A DNA stretch of 64,000 nucleotides from Vicugna vicugna (Eukaryota), in the NCBI GenBank assembly GCA_013265495.1, contig MU058444.1:1674001-1738000 (forward strand), written 5' to 3'. This document shows positions 13,501 to 28,500 of the stretch, one piece after another. Below the pieces are notes generated by a model that searched no databases, was not told the DNA's origin, and saw nothing but the letters and a program-made list of their open reading frames with translations. Both the position numbers and the translations under genes were made by a program. Position 1 is the stretch's first letter. Every line of letters begins with the position of its first letter.

Positions 13501-16500
13501 ACGGAGAATATGGGAGGGTAATGTGGAGTCATACATTTTACTGATACTGTTTACACCATAGCCAAAAGGGCGCAGGGCTTGGAGTCAATAAAGCTGAAAT
13601 GGAATCCAAGTACCACTGTTTGGATTAGCCGTATATCCTTGGACGTGTTACATAATCTTTCTGAACCTGCATTATTTCTTTGTAATTGAAGCACAGTCAG
13701 TTACAATGTGTCCGTTTCTGGTGTACAGCACGGTGTCCCAGTCATGCGTATACAAGCATGTATTTGTTTTCATATTTTTTCATTAAAGGTTATTATAAGA
13801 TATTGAACAGAGTTCCCTGTGCTCTACAGAAGAAATCTGTTTTTTTAATGTATTTTTATATATAGTGCCTAACATTTGCAAATCTCAGACTCCCAAATTT
13901 ATCCCTTCCCGCTCCCCTCCCCTCCGGTAACTATAAGATAGTTTACTATGTCTGTGAGTCTTGTTTCTTTTGTAGATGAGTTCACTCGTGTCCTCTTTTT
14001 CTCTCCTTTTTTTTTTTAAGATTCCACATATGAGTGGTATCACATGGTATTTTTCTTTCTCTTTCTGGCTGACTTCACTGAGAATGACGATCTCCAGGTG
14101 CATCCATGTTGCGGCAAACGCTGGCACTGGGTTTTATTTGCAATGGCCAGAGGGTTCAGCAGGTGTGTCATTTATGCAGGCATTGTTTTCCTGGTTTGCA
14201 CATTCTTTAAGAGCAATAAACATCCTGCATGAATTTTTTTTCACCGAGAATACTTAAAATAGTGCTGAACAGAAGACTATATGTTCCCTTCTTTACAACC
14301 ATTGGAGCGTATCAAGGAAGGAGGAATAGACTGTTTATTCTTGGATGCTCAGTTTTGAGAGGATAAAGGAGGTGGGAAAAACATCTGTGGACAGGTCTGT
14401 AACATTCTGTTGGAAGACCATGCAGGGCGATTATCACAAGATGGCAGCCAGTAATCTTCACCTAGGAAACTTCTCCTCCTTGTTCTTGTAATAATGTTTC
14501 ATTGAGGGATGAAAGGATGACTTCTGCTTGGTCACATTCCATAAAATTATCCAATGCAATACACAATGAGCATATGAAAATCAGTACTCTAACCAGAACT
14601 TAACCTGATTAATTGATTGCTTTCATAGCGTAGAGAATCTGGTAAAGACCAATACGTTAGGCTGGTAAAGGCCAATACGTTTGGCTGCTAAAAGGCACAT
14701 AGCATGCCTCTACCTCTCATTTAGCATTTTGCTATTCTACTACTAATTCCTTCTTGATGTCAAATAAATGAGAAAACATCCTGCTAAACATTAATCCTCA
14801 ATCCAGTCTCTACCACTAACATCAAAGATGGTTTATTCCACAGCAGACCAGTTATTTTTAAACAGCAAATTTAACCAGAAACAGACATGTGAAACTTGCA
14901 TTGCACGCGTATTTCCTTTCATGTTGTGGTATTTGCTACTCACCCACAAAATAAAAAAGGACGGGGAGTCATTCAGTCTGCGGCCATCACAACCCACAAA
15001 GTCAGGTGGAAGGTGGGTGACCATTAAGATATATAATTTAATTTGGAGGAAGACCCATCCTTTGCTGTTAACCACTTCAATTTGACTTTGATCTCCCTGC
15101 AGGGTTTATTCTTCATCTGTAAACAAATCTCTAGAATGCCAGAGGATATGTTGAAGATAGAAGATTGGAGATTTTCCTGCTGGCCCAAATAAACAGGCAA
15201 GCAGTTTGGAAGGCACCTTGTGTAAAAGGGTTCACACAAACGAGGCCTGCAGTTTTAGCCGTGCCATGTTACTGACTCTGTGGTAAATTTTCATCTCTCT
15301 AAATCTGACCTTCATGTCAAAATGGCATTTATATCCCCAATGTCATAGATTGTCTTTTTTAGGAAAATAAGATAAGAGCCTTTGTGAAAGTGCTCACCCA
15401 GCACTAGAATCAGAGGGAGAGATCCAGAAAATTCAGCTGCTCTGCTATCACCAAAGAGCCAGAGTTTTAACAGCTCTTTATCCTTACGATTGGTTTTAGG
15501 CGACGCTATTTTCAAATAATAAGTTATTTTTTATTTGTACTGCTACGGTTTGGTATTATAACTCAGGCAAAATGAATTAGTTTTTCTAACTGCTTGAAAC
15601 CACACACACTGATGATTTCACAGTGTCTGCGGGCCAGGAGTCTGGGTATGGCTTTCCTGGGTTCTCTGTGTTGGGTCTGACAAGGCTGTCATGGAGATGT
15701 CTGCCAGGCTGTGTTCTCATCCAGAGGTTTGACTGTAGAAGGATCTACGTCCACGCTCACTCCCTTCGCGGGGAGAATCTGTTTCGCTGTGGTTGAGGTC
15801 CTGGCTTCCTGTGCACTGAGGGCTGGGAGCCTGCTTCAGCTGCCTGCAGCCTTTCACAGTCCTTTTCTGTCTTTCTTGTGGGCTCCAAAAACGGCTACTT
15901 CCTCCATCAAGTCAGCAAGGAAAGTCTCTAGAAAAAGTAGGCTCTAAATGGAGCCTTTTGTAACATAACGTAATTACAGGAATCACATCTATTGGTTAGA
16001 AGCAAGTCATAGATCGCAGGGAACAGTCAGAGGGGATTATAAAAAAGGCATGAGCAGCAGGAGTTGGGGGCCCCTTTTGAGTCTGTCTGCCGTGATTACT
16101 GTGACAGACGCCTACAAGGGGTCTTCTGGTCTGCCTTGCTAACTGCAATGTAAGAGAGCACCTCTTTACTCACAGCCTTGCCACACAGATTGTACCATCA
16201 AGCTTTTGAACTTTTGCCAGCCTTATGGGTGGGAAATTGTATCTTGGCATAGTTTTAACTTGTAGTTCTCTTACGATGAGTAAAGTTGAACATTCATACG
16301 TTTAAGGGCAATTTTACATCTTTTTTGGTGTTGAGAATTATATCTTCATGTCTCTTCCCCTCTACATATTTTTACTGAAATATAGTTGATTTACACTATT
16401 ATATTAGTCTCAGGTGCATAGCATGGTGGTTCAATATTTTTATAGCTTACACTCTTTCAAGTTATAACAAAACAATGGCTGTATTTCCCCATGCTGTACA

Positions 16501-19500
16501 GTAGGTCCTTGTTGCTTATCTACTTTATACATAGTAGTTTGTGCCTCTTAATCCCCAGTCCCTATCTTGCCCCTCCTCCCTTCCCTCTCCCCACTGATAA
16601 GCACTAGTTTGTTCTCTATGTGAGTCTGTTCCAGTTGTGTTATATACATTCTTCTGTTGCACTTTCTAGATTCCACATCTAAGTGATAACATACAGTATC
16701 TGTCTCCCTCTGTCTGACTTATTTCACTAAGCATAACACCCTCTAGGCCAATACGACATTTAACAGAAGTGGTGAGAGTGGGCTTCCTTGTCTTGTTCCT
16801 GAATTTGGTGGGAAGGCTTTCCAAAGATTTTCACCACTGAATATTATGTTGGCTGTGAGTTTGTCATAAATGTCCTTTATTAGGTTGAGATATGTTCCCT
16901 CTGTGCTCACTTTGATGAGAGTTTTAATCATCAATGGATGTTGAATTTTGTCAAATGCTTTTTCTGCATCTACTGAGATAATCATATGATTTTTGTCTTT
17001 CCTCTTGTTAATGTGGTCTATCACACTGATTGATTTGCATATGCTGAACCATCCTGTGACCCTGGAATAAATCCAGCTTGATCATGGGGTATGATCCTTT
17101 TTAAATATTGTTGAATTCAGTTTGCTAATATTTTGTTGAGGATTTACGCATCTATATTCATCAAAGATATGGCCTGTAATTTTCTTTTTTTTGTAGTGAC
17201 TTTGTATGGTTTTGGCATCAGGGGAATGGTGGCCTCATACAATGAATTTGGGAGTGTTTCCTCCTCTTCAACTTTCTGGAATAGTTTGAGAAGGATAGGT
17301 TTAAGTTCTTATTTATTTGTTTGGTAAAATTCCCCAGTGAGGCCGTCCAGTTCTGGGCTTTTGTTTACTTGGAGTGTTTTAGTTTTTGTTTTTGTTTTAT
17401 TACGGATTCAGTTTCACTTTGAATGATCAGTCTGTTCAAATCATCTGTTTCTTCTTGACTCAGTCTCGGCAGGCTGTGTGTCTTAGACATGTGTCTATTC
17501 CTTCTATGCTGTCCAATTCGTTGGCACATAATTATTCACAGAATTGTCTTATGATGTTTTGTATCCCTGTGGTATCAGCTGTTATTTCTCTTTCATGTCT
17601 TATTTTGTTGATTTGGGTCCTCTCTCTTTTATTCTTGGTAAGCACGGCTAAAGGTTCATCAATTCTTTTTTATCTTTTCAAAAGCCGGCTCTTGTATTCC
17701 CTCCTTCTTGCTACTCTGGGCTTTGCTTGTTGATCTTCTCCTTGTATTTTAGGTGGTAGTTTCAGTTGTTTACTTGAGATTTTTCTTACTTCTTCAGGAA
17801 GGCCTGCGTTGTTCTTAGAACTGCTTTTGCTGCATCCCGTAGATTTTGGAAAGTTTTGTTTCCAGTTTCATTTGTCTTGAAGTGTTTTCTCATTTTCTCT
17901 TCAACGTATTCATTGATCCACTGGTTTTTCAGTAGCATGTTGTTTAGTCTTCACATGTTTGTGCTTTCCCCATTTTCTTTCTGTAATTCATATCTAGTTT
18001 CATACTATTGTGATCAGAAAAAAATTGATTGATATAATTTTTATTCTCTTAAATTTGTTGGAGACTTGTTTTGTGATCTAACATGTGATCTATCCTGGAG
18101 AACATTCCATATGCACTTGAAAATAATGTCTACTCTGATATTTTGGGATGGAATGTCCTATAGATCTCTATTAAATATAACTGGTTTATTGTGTCATTTA
18201 AGACCACCCTGGTAGGAGGTGGGGCTGGAGATGGTGGTGGGCTAGAGCCAGGGGTGAGGCAGGCTTCCCCTCTGCTCAGTGGCTGTCACCACCCTATCAA
18301 GGCTGGGGTCAGATCCCAGGTTGATGGTACAGAAGCCCTGAGGGTCAGGCTGAGCTGGCTCTTTTCTCTTTAAGCATGTGCTCTCTCCTTTCCCAGCACT
18401 AGGATCCCTGTTCCAGAGGGGAGCAGTTCTGGGGAAGAAGAGGCTCACGCAGTCTCTAGACTCACGATGAGGTGTGGGCTGCAACAGGCTGGCCACATAC
18501 AGAGGTCCTGGCTGCTTCCAATGCATCACCTATGCAACCACCAACAATGGTAGCCCCTGCCGTGTCTGAGTCTCCTTTGACCCTCAAGGCCAGTCACTCC
18601 TTCCAGCCTCTGCTGCCCTCGTCCTGTTGTGGAGTCACCCTGCAGGGCAAGTGGGGCCCATGTGGGCTCTTGGCTTGTACAGGACATTGGCTGCTGGGGT
18701 TCAGGACAATCCTTGAAGCACTGACCACTTAAGCATCAACAATGGCTGCACCCACAGTGCTTAGATGTCTCCCCAGGTCCGAGTCACCTCTTAATCAACA
18801 GGCAGAGCTCTCTCCCCAGTTGCGGCAGCCCTCACTCCAATGGGGAGTTGCGAGGTGAAGTAAGTGAGGCTGGAACATTCAGTTGGCTCGGGCAAGGGTG
18901 TGCACCAGAGTGATCATGGGAAAATGAGCAGCCACTGGGTTGGACCTCAGTCTGCCCTGTCCACCCTGTCCAAGGGGTAAGCAAGCATGCGTGCTCCTCA
19001 CTAGCAGAGCCCTGGCTTCCCATAGCCCTCCTGTCAGCCCCACTGGCCCTCCAACTGGCCCAGGGGGCTAGTCTTCCCTGTATGGGGCCCTAGGACTTGG
19101 GCACCTAATACGTAGCTCGAACCACTTACTTCTCAGGGAAGCTCCCCACCTGTGTTATCTCCTTTTTCCTCTGAGTCCCCTCCCAGGGCACAGGTCCCAC
19201 CCTGATTGCTTCCTTTCCCTTCCTACCCGATTCTGTGTGGATCCTCCCACAGCCTTGGTTGTACAGAAGCCTTTTGTCAGTTTCCACTTAGTTTCCAGTG
19301 AGAGTTGTTCCCCGTGTGTGTGTGTTTTTGATGTGTTCATTGGGGGTGGGGAGTTCCATGTCCTCCTCTGCCGTCTTGATTGATGACTCCACAACATAAA
19401 TTTTTTTTAAAAAAATAAGGTCAATCTTTATTTTAATCTAGTTAAAATGTCATAAAAATGTAGAGTCAATAGTCCAATCATCGTTTTCTAAATTTGGGAA

Positions 19501-22500
19501 ATATTATCTGGGTATTACATGATTTTTCGACAATTTGGTGAAAGAAATTTTAATTGGATCTTTGACAAGTTAGTCAATCTCTCCATTCCTTCACTTTCTC
19601 ATCTGTAAAAGGGAAAAATTTTCTCACTTGTAACACATAATGATTTATCAGATTAATGTGAGAATGCATATAAAGTGCTGTGTAAAAAGCCAGGCAGGTA
19701 GAAAGTATCCAATAGATTATGTCTTTTGTTAATACTCTCTCATTTCCCATGTTCATTTCTTCTTATATTCCATTTAAACATGTTTCAGTATTCAATTGCT
19801 CTCTAACTAAAAATGTTACCTCCTTACCTCACTGTTCATCTACTGCACTTTCTTATGCAAAAACCCCAATACTGAATAAACCAAACTGAAAACGTCTTCA
19901 GATCCACACTTGGGTTCTACATATGGCTATGGGAGGGGGAAAAGAAATACTATAGTCACTGAGATTGTAACTTCCAGCTTCAATTAGACTTCCAAAGCAT
20001 CTTCTGTATTTCCTTCATCTCCTCTCCGCCACATTTCCACAGCTATATAAAAACTTCTCCAATCAACAAAAATTGCCATTTTCCCTCCTCTCAGCAGATG
20101 ACAATTCCCACTTCCTTAGAGAAAACAAAAGTCAAACATCCTGCCACAAATCCAGCATTCTTAACTGCATTTGCATCTACCCATTTCTTCCCTTTTTTTC
20201 TTTTTTACAGTGAAACAAGTGTCCCTCATACAACCTGAGATAATCCCTCCAGCTCTGTTCAGTCTCGCATTCCTTGTTCTCCCCAAAGGAGATGGAGCTC
20301 CTTATCTGGACCTAACTGCCTGCTGGGCATCTGCTCTTGGATGTGCACATGAATCTTAAATAAACACGTTATATTTCTCATCTCTGCATCTCCCCAGTAG
20401 AAGATAAACTAAACTCTTCCCAGTAAAGACTTCCATTGATGAAAGAAACATCTAACTTCACTAAACATAAAAAAGGAGGCACTCTTAAACTAAGAAACCT
20501 ACAAAGCCGTTCAAATGTTTACACCCATGCCCATTAGGGTAGGTCTAAATTACATAAGACATTTTAAGACATTTCAAGCTAAAAAAGAATTGGCAGGCAA
20601 TATCCAAACACAACTACTAAAAGAAAAAAACAGAAAATGAGAATCAAAACATTTCAGTTTATTTCCCAAAAATAAACACAAAGCAGAAGGCTGCAGCAAG
20701 ATGCTGTTACCTAGATCATCATCATACAAGCATTTTCAGATGTAAAAAAATGAAGCTATAAGAATTAAATTAATTCAGGAAATTAATGGGAAAGAACGAA
20801 TCACCTCTGATATTATGATGAAATTAGTAGAAACCAAGGGAGAATAGATTTAATTTACCTTAAAATTTTAAAAGGCACTGAGGAGAAAACTAAACATATG
20901 CCCCCAAAATAAAATTTTAATAAGAAATAAAAGGGATCAGAAAGTGATAGTGGTAAACAAAGAAGTCTTAAGATGTCTATAATTGGAGTCCTTAGATATA
21001 AACTGAAACATTGTAACACAATGTTTAATACTGTAAGCCAAGAGAATATTCCAGAACATCCAGACATTTTTCTTGTGATATTTTTGGCTTTGGTATCAAG
21101 GCAATACTAGCTTCTATTTTCTGAAAGAGTTTTTATAGAACTGGTATCATTTCTTCCTTATTTGGTACATTTCATCAGTGAAGCCATCTGGACCTGGGCT
21201 TTGTACGAATGAGGATGATTTTAATTATTCACTAAATTCCAATGCAAAACACTAGGCTATTTAGAGCTTCTCTTACTTCTCAAGTAAGTTTTGATGATTT
21301 GTACCTTTCAAGGATTTTGTTCATCTCATTTAATTTTCAAACTTGTTGACATATTTTATTTATAACATCACATTATTCTTGTCTTTTGATGTAGGACTTG
21401 TAATGACCTCGTATATATTTTGTAATAATGACTTGTTATTGGTAGTCACAGTTGAAATCAAGCACTGCAGGGTTTTCCCTCATCTAAGCCTGGTGCTTTT
21501 TTTATTGAGTTTTTTTCCTTGATAACTTCCTCATTTCTTACATGAAAATTGCTTGGCTTAAGCAATAATAGTGAACTTCATTTTCTTAGAAAATTAGCCA
21601 TTCCATGTAAATTTTTCAAGTGACTTGTATTGAATTGTGCAAACTCCTCTCATGATTTTTAAACACTTTCTTCTGTATCAATGATTATTCTGTTATTTCG
21701 TTGAATATTTATGCTTTCACTTTCTACTTTTTTGCTTGATTGTGTGAGCTTTTGGTTTCTCTAGTATGTTGGTTTTTATTTAAAGATCTAACATTGTAAT
21801 TTAATTATTAACTTTATTGAAATTTCTAGTTTTTTAAACTTTTATCTCTACTACTTTCTTCTTTTTTCTTATATTTTTTCTAGCTTTCACAATTGGAAAT
21901 TAAATATATTTAACTTTTAAATAACTCTTAGGAAAAAGAAAAATAAATCCAAAAATTGCAAAATTTATTAAAAAAATACTATTAATGGAAACACATCTTT
22001 TTTAAATCTATGACAAAGGAGACAAGAATATATATAGTGGAGAAAAGACAGTCTCTCCAATAAGTGGTGCTGGGAAAACTGGACAGTTACATGTAAAAGA
22101 ATGAAATTAGAACATTCTTTAACACCATAACAGAAGTAAATTCAAAATGGATTAAAGAGATAAATGTATGAACAGATACTATAAAACTCATAGAGGAAAA
22201 ACATAGGCAGAATACTCTTAGACATAAATTGCAGCAATGGTTTTTTGGATCTGTCTCCTACAGTAATAAAAACAAAAACAAAAATAAACAAATGTGACCT
22301 AATTAAAGTTAAAAGCTTTTGCACAGCAAAGGAAACCAAAAACAAAACAAAAAAAACAACCTATGAAATAGGAAAATATATTTGCAAATGATGTGACTGA
22401 CAAGGGCTTGATTTCCAAAAATGCAAACATCTTATACAACTCGATATCAAGAAACCAAACAACCCAATCAAAAATGGTCAGAAGACATAAATGGGCATTT

Positions 22501-25500
22501 CTCCAAAGAAGACATACAGATGATGACAGGCACATGAAAATGTGTTCAATATCACTAATTATTAGAGACATGCAAATCAAAAATACAATGATTTGTCACC
22601 TCACAGCAGTCAGCATGGCCATCATCAAAAAGTTTACAAATAATAAATGTTAGTGAGGGTGTGGAGAAGAGAATCCTCCTACACTGTTGGTGGGAATGTA
22701 AACTGGTATAGCCACTATGGAGAACAGTATGCAAGTTCCTTAAAAGTCTCAAAATAGAATTACCATATGATCCAGCAATCCCACTCCTGGGCATATATCT
22801 GGAGAAAACTCTAACTTGAAAAGATACATACATGCCAATGTTCATAGCAGCATTAGCCAAGACATGTAAGCAACCTTAAAGTCCATTGACAGATGATTGG
22901 ATAAAGAAGATGTGATATATATATATATATACATACACATACACACCACAGAATACTACTCAGCCATAAAAAATGAAATAATGTCATTTGCAGCAATGTG
23001 GATAGACCCAGAGACTATCATACTGTCTTGATTTTCAGACAATGTGATCACTTATCCAGAAAAACCTAAGGCATTTACAAAGAAATCTGCAGGAACCAAT
23101 AAATGAATTTAGCAATACAACAGAATATATAATCAATATACCAAAACTAACTGCATTTTTACATGCTAGCGACAAAAAAATAAATTTTAAAAAACCTATT
23201 CATCAGAGTACAAAAAATATAATACTTGGGTATGAATTTAACGAAAGACATACAAGATCTGTACACTGAAAACTATAAAACACTGCTGAAATAAATTAAA
23301 GAAAACCTACATCAGTGGAATGACATGCCGTGTTGATATACTTCCCCACTTTGAGTAGAGGCTGGACTTGTGGACTCGCTTTCAAGGTGAATGTATAAAG
23401 AAAAAAGCAGTAACTTCACAGTGGAGAAACCTGACAAATAGAGTGGATCCTTGAACGGGTTTGAACTGCAAGGATCACTTCTATGCAGATTTTTTTCAAC
23501 AGTAAATATCATATGAGCCTTGGTTGGTTGAATCCATGGATTTGGATCCGATACAGAGGAACCACAGACACAGAGAACTGACTATCAATTATACCTGGAT
23601 TTTCAGCTGTGGAGAGGATCAGCTGCCCTAAACACTGCGTTGTTTAAGGGTCAACTGTAATACCATAGCCAAGTGATCAAGGTTCACATCACCGATGACC
23701 AGTCATGTGGATGGTATATACTCTCTGATAGGATGAGAAAGACACTCACTTCTGTTATCCTCCTTTGCCCCAAAAGAACAGAAATCCAGTCTAGTCAAAC
23801 CCAAGTTGAGTGACATTCTACAAAATACCTAAACAATGCTCTTCAAAACTGTCACAGTTATAACAAGCAAGAAAAGACTGATAAATTGTCACAGATTAGA
23901 GGACACTAACAAGGCATGACAAAAAAAAAAAAGCAACATGGTATATTCTGGATTAGCTCCTGGAATCAAAAAAAGACATTTGTGGGAAAACTAAAGAAAT
24001 TTAAATGGAGTTCAAAAGTATGGAGTTCAGTTCACACAAATGTGCCAACACTGATTTCTTAATTTTGACAAATATATCATAGAAATATAAGATGTTAATA
24101 TCAGGAGAAACTGGGTAAGGTGTATAAGGAAACTTCTCTGTACCAAATGTGCAACTTTTCTGTAAATCTAATATTATTCCAAACTAAGAAGTTTCTTTAA
24201 CAAAGCTCAGGAAGCCTTTAAAAACAAAGTTCAAGCTGATACTAAAGTTTATGTGAAATTTATAGGGACCGAGACTGTCCATTACAATTTAAAAAAGAAA
24301 AATGAATTTATACACTTACACTACCTGATTTCAAGATTTATTTTAAAGCTATGGTAATCAAGACAATGTGTTGTTGATGAAAAAATAGAGTAGAAATAGG
24401 ATCAAGAGTCCAAAAATTGTTTCACACATATATTGGTCAATTGATATTTGGCAAATATACTCATGTAAGTCAATGGGAAATGATAGTCTTTTCAACAAAT
24501 GGTGCTGGAATACCTGGGTCTCCAAATGGAAAACAAAAAAAATGAGCCTTAACTTTGACCACATACCATGCACAGAAATGAAAATCATCAAAATGGATCA
24601 TAGAACTAAATTTGCAAGCAAAGATGATATAATTTTAGAAAATATAGTGTTCTAAATATAAGTGTTTTGAAGATTTGAAAATATTTTCTTTTAGAAGAAA
24701 AGATAGGAGAAAATTTGTTACCTAAATTAGGGAAAAGTTCTTAAATACGGCACAAAAGGCATGGATCAAAAAAAAGTTTTGAGAAATTGTACTTCGTCCA
24801 GATTAAACATTTTTCCCATCAAAAGACACCATTAAGAAAATTAAATGCAATCCAAAGATCAGCGGAAAACATTTGCCAGTATGTATCTGATAAAGGATTT
24901 ATAGCCAGAACATATAAAGAACTCTTACAACTCATTCATAAAACAACAAACAACTCAAAGTTTTTTTTTTTTTAACAGTCAAATGTTTTGAATAGACACT
25001 TCCCAAAAGGAGCTATACAATGGCCAACAAGCCCATAAAAAGATGTCAACACTGTCAGTCATCAGAAAAATGCAAACTCAAACCACATGAGATACCATCA
25101 CACACCAACTGAAAAAGCTCAAATATAAAATATTAAGTCTTGGCAGGATGTGGTAAAACGAATTCTCATGTATTGCTAATGAGAATAGAGAAGAACGCAA
25201 CCACTTTGGGAAATTGTTTCGAACTTCCTTAGGAAGTTAAACATACACTCAGCATACAATTCATCAATTCCACTAGGTACCAACCCAAGAAAAATGGAAA
25301 TACGTCCAACCTAGATGTGCATAAGAATATTCATATGAATAGTATTCACAAATGCCAAATATAGGAAACAATTCAACTGCTCATCAATTGATGAATGAAA
25401 AACAACTGTCATATGTCCAGATGAATAATACCATATGATTATATTTAATTGAAATTGCAAGAGTGGTAAAATTATAGTCACAGAAAGCAGAGTCCCAACA

Positions 25501-28500
25501 GCTGCATGAGACGATTCCTGCAAATGAATCAATCAGTATCTTGATTGTCTCAGGTCAAAAGAAATGGTGAGTTAGGACAGTTTTTGAACAATTTGAAAAT
25601 GTTGAATATGGGCTCATATTAGAAAACGTGACTGTACTGATATTAAACATCTTGGACATCATAACACCATTTAAAGGATTCTTAGGAGATACAGGTTAAA
25701 GTGTATAGGAGAGAAATGCACAGTGTCCACAATTTATTTTTTGGTTACTCAACAAAAAAAAAGTATAGAAATAAACATTCATATATTTACATGTTTCAAT
25801 TTTCTGTAGGACTGAAAAATTTCTGGAGGGGAGGGTATAGCTGAAGTGGTAGAGCACATGCTTAGCATGCATGAGGTCCTGGGTTCAATCCCCAGTGCCT
25901 CCACTAAAAAAAAAACAAAAACTAATAATAAATAAATAGACCTATTGACCCCCTCCTCCAAAATAATAAATAAATAAATAAATAAATAAATGGATTTGAG
26001 GATTTTCTAAACAAAAAGCTGAGTGGGAAGAAAACAGGTTTTAAAAAGATCAGAAAAAAATTAGGTATGATTCTTCATTTAAAGATTCCAAAGAGGGAAT
26101 ACAAACTACTCAGACAAAAGAATATTATTACTCAGTACTAAAAAGAAGTGAGTCTTCAAGCCATGAGAAGACATGGAGGAATCTTAAACACGTATTACTA
26201 GGTAGAAGGCTGTATGATTCCAACCATATGACTTTCTGGAAAAGGAAAGACTATGGAGACAGTAAAAAGATCAGTGGTGGCCAGGGGCTGGAGGAAGGAA
26301 AAGATAAATAGGCAGAGCACGGAGGGTTTTTAGAGCAGTGAAACTATTCCGTATGATGCTACAGTGATGGATATGTGTCATCATACATTTATCCAAACCC
26401 ACAGAATGTGCAACACCAAGGGTGAACCCTAACGTAAACTGTGGACTTTGAGTGATAATGATGTGCCCATGAAGGTGCTTCAACAGCCTAGATGTCCATC
26501 AGCAGATGACTGGATAAAGAAGATGTGGTATATTTATACAATGGAATACTATTCAGCCATAAAAACTGACAACATAACGCCATTTGCAGCAACAATGGAT
26601 GCTCCTGGAGAATGTCATTCTAAGTGAAGTAAGCCAGAAAGAGAAAGAAAAATACCATATGAGATCACTCATATATGGAATCTAAAAAAAAAACCAAACA
26701 AAGCATAAATACAAAACAGAAATAGACTCACAGACATGGAATATAAACTTGTGATTGCCAAGGGGGCAGGGGATGGGAAGAGATAGACTGGAATTTGAAA
26801 ATTGTAGAATAGATAAACAAGATTATACTGTATAGCACAGGGAAATATATACAAGATCTTATGGCAGCTCACAGAGAAAACAATGTGACAATGAATACAC
26901 ACATGTTCATGTATAACTGAAAAATTGGGCTCTACACTGGAATTTGGCACAACATTGTAAAATGATTATAAATCAATAAAAAATGTCAAAAAAAATTTTA
27001 AAGACAAACAGACTTATTTACAAGACAGAAACAGACTCACAGACATAGAAAACAAACTTGTGGTTACCAGATGGGGAAGGTGTTGGGAAGGGATAGATTG
27101 GGAGTTCAAGATTTGCAGATACTAACTACTATATACAGAATAGATAAACAACAAGGTTCTACTGTATAGCACAGGGAACTGTATTCAATATCTTGTCGTA
27201 ACTTATGGTGAAGAAGAATATGAGAACAAACGTAAGTGACTGAAGCACTGTGCTGTACACCACCAGAAACTGACACAACATTGTAAACTGACTGTACTTC
27301 AATAAAAATATATTTTTAAAAAATAGGTACCACTCTGGTGTGGGAAGTTGATTGTGGAAATCTATGGTGGGGAGCAGACAAGGGCATATGTGAACTCTAG
27401 ACTTTCTGATTAGTTTTGATGTGAACCTGAAACTGCTCGAAAAAATAAAGTCTATTTTTTAACTAAATAGACTTAAAAAAAAATTGTGAATGACTCCAAG
27501 AAAAAATTACAAATAGACAAGAAGGAATTAACCTAATTAGGTCCACACTACTCAGAAATGGGGATCATAACCAAGGTTAAAAATAAAGCGTAGCATGTAC
27601 CTATCAAGAAAGCAAATACCAAGAGTAAACTGACCTCAAAATATTAAACATAGTTAGAAGCTCCACCATTCCACTAGTAGAAGTATACTTATGAGAAATG
27701 AAACACATATGTCCATGCAAAACTTGTACGTGTAATAGCCAAAAATATAAACAACCCAAATGTCTATCAACTGATGAATGAATGAAATGTATATATTCAT
27801 ACAATCAAGTATTATCAGTAATAAAAAAAGGAAGGAAATACTAATACAAGCCAAAACATAGATAAGCCTCAAATGTGTTACCGTCAGCCAAGAGGTTAGC
27901 CACAAAAGCCCACATGTTGTATCACCCAGTTTATATGAACTGTTCATAATGGGCAAATCCATAGAGACAGAAAATGGACTAGAGTTTGAGTAGGGCTGGG
28001 AGGAAACAGAGTGTGATCACTAATGGGTACAGGGTTTCTTTTCATGGTGATGAAAATGTTCTAAAATTAGACTGTAGTGATGATTGAGTATCTCTGTAAA
28101 TTTAATTTTTAAAAACCATTGAATTGTACACATTAAATGAGTAAACTGTGTGATATTTGACTTATTGATTGATAAGCTGCTTAGAAAGAGTGAACTTGAG
28201 TTTACACTTGAGGGTATGTGAATATGCCAACCAGATTAATCTCAGAAAGGGCAAGGAACTAGAAAAAGAACAAACTAAGTCCAAACTAGCAGAAGGACGG
28301 AAATAATTGATTAGAGTAAAAGTAAATGAAGCAGAAAATAGAAAAACAACAGTAAAAATAGATAAAGCTAGGGTTGATTTTTTTTGGAAAAAATGGGCAA
28401 ATCCTTAGTGAGACTAAGAAAAAACAAAGGAGACTCAAAATCAGAAACAGAAGGGAAGACATTACAAATGATGCCACAGAAATTTTATTAAAAGATCAAA

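Noticed and set aside
16743..17024. Reverse-transcriptase-like ORF
   Set aside because: A short decayed L1 ORF2 fragment surrounded by stops and frameshifts, not a functional or novel RT system.
25825..25905. tRNA-like sequences (also near 1225, 54306, 56210 and 59960)
   Set aside because: Mutually diverged copies with A-rich tails and TSDs; these are SINE heads rather than tRNA genes.
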